64,000 nucleotides of DNA, taken from assembly GCF_963921235.1 (NCBI RefSeq), contig NC_086108.1, positions 25,730,001 through 25,794,000 on the forward strand. The letters run 5' to 3'. Below the pieces are notes generated by a model. That model was not told the origin of the DNA. It did no database searches and saw only the letters and a program-made list of their open reading frames with translations. Numbering within the stretch: position 1 is the stretch's first letter; each line of letters begins with the position of its first letter. This document shows, piece after piece, positions 62,740 through 64,000 of the stretch. The translations under genes and the position numbers were made by a program. Source of the stretch: Mobula hypostoma. Its lineage: Eukaryota.

Positions 62740-64000
62740 GTGTTAGAAAAGACAGAGAAGGAGCTAAAAGGTTGTTAGGGAGAGTTGTACTATTAACCAA
62801 GGACAATATTACAGCTGCACTCAGATGAACATAATGAAGGGATCATCCACTCAGACTATAAGGGTAGAACGCTGATAGAATAATACAACAGACCCTCCCC
62901 CCAATAGCCATGGGATATTGAGGAACAGATATACAGACAGATTCGGGAGAAGTATGAAAACAACAAAGTTGTAGTGAGTGATTTCAGCTTCCCTAATATA
63001 GACAGGGATCTCCTTAGTGTGCAGAGGGTTTAGATAGGGCAAAATCTGTTAGTTGCATCCAGGAGGGTTTCTTAAATCAGTATGTAGGTTGCCCAGAAGA
63101 GAAGAGACCATACTGGACCTGATGTTGGATAATGAGCTTGGCCAAGTACTCTCTTTTCAAAGGGAGACCAGACAGGGAGCAATGACCACAACTCCTTAAG
63201 TTTTAAGATAGCGAGAGGTAAGGATAAGAATGGACCTTATGGGAGAGTATTAAATTGGGGCAAAGCAAATTACAGGAGTATTAGGCATGAACTGGGAGAG
63301 TTATTTGGAACAGCTGATTTTGGGCAAGTCCACATCTGACATGTACAGCCAACTGCACAGAGTACTGAAGAGAAATGTTCCTATAAGGAAGAAGGACATG
63401 GATGAGAATGTAAGGGAACTTAGATGTTGCAAGAGGTTATATATTTAATTAAGAAGGGAAAAGAAGCACGTGTAAGGGTTAGCAATTAACAGAGCCCTAG
63501 AAGCTTATAAAGAAGCCAGAAAAGAACTTAAGAGGAAAATTAGCAGAGCCATGAGAGGCCATGAAATGTCTTTGACAAGCAGGATTAAAAAGTATCAGAA
63601 CACATTCTATTTCAACATCAAAAGCAAGAGGATAACGAAGGGGAGGGTAGAACTTCTCAAGGACAAAGGAGGGAGCTTGTGCTTGGAAATGGAAGATATG
63701 AGTGGAGCCCAAAATGAGTACTTTGCATTAATATATATCAGGGAGAAGCGCATAGAAGATAGGATGATCAATGTGGAGCATTCTAATATGCTAGGCATTT
63801 CAAGATAAAGAACCGAGCATTATTGGGTCTCTTAAAGATATTGAGGTAGATAAATCCCAGGGCCCAATGGGAGATTCACCAATTTATTGAGAGAGGCAGG
63901 ATTGAGATTGCTGAGGCCTTGACCGAGATCTTCATGTCCTCTCTAGCCATAGGTAAGGTCCTCCAGCGAGCAGCTAATATTGTTCATTATTGAAGAGGGG
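62740..64000 (+). mobile_element. Degenerate CR1 ORF2 (endonuclease to pre-RT), running off the window
   Basis: SDFSFPNI, ILDLML.NE, SNDHNSLSF, DKSPGPNG motifs; ORF 63551-63808. Confidence 0.88.

Overview
Repeat-dense, AT-rich vertebrate non-coding DNA (intergenic or a large intron). The repeat content (CR1/HER1-type LINEs, HE1-like V-SINEs, Rex1/Babar LINEs, Neptune-type Penelope-like elements) points to a cartilaginous fish, probably a ray; this is inference. No host protein-coding exon, rRNA, true tRNA gene or CRISPR array could be supported. Every recognisable ORF comes from a transposon. Main points of interest: (1) Penelope-like elements (PLEs) carrying minimal hammerhead ribozymes, three with intact cores, including a ~1 kb foldback insertion with a 15-bp target-site duplication (TSD); (2) a non-coding two-LTR retroelement (33307-35782, 5-bp TSD, 166-bp interior) with a Tf1/sushi-type self-priming signature instead of a tRNA primer-binding site; (3) a tRNA-derived SINE and an RTE-clade LINE that share a 3' end; (4) a composite Tc1-like MITE carrying a captured LINE tail; (5) templated-insertion scars and a hAT-like element whose TSD is not 8 bp. 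Boundaries of old repeats are approximate; TSD-defined boundaries were read base by base.
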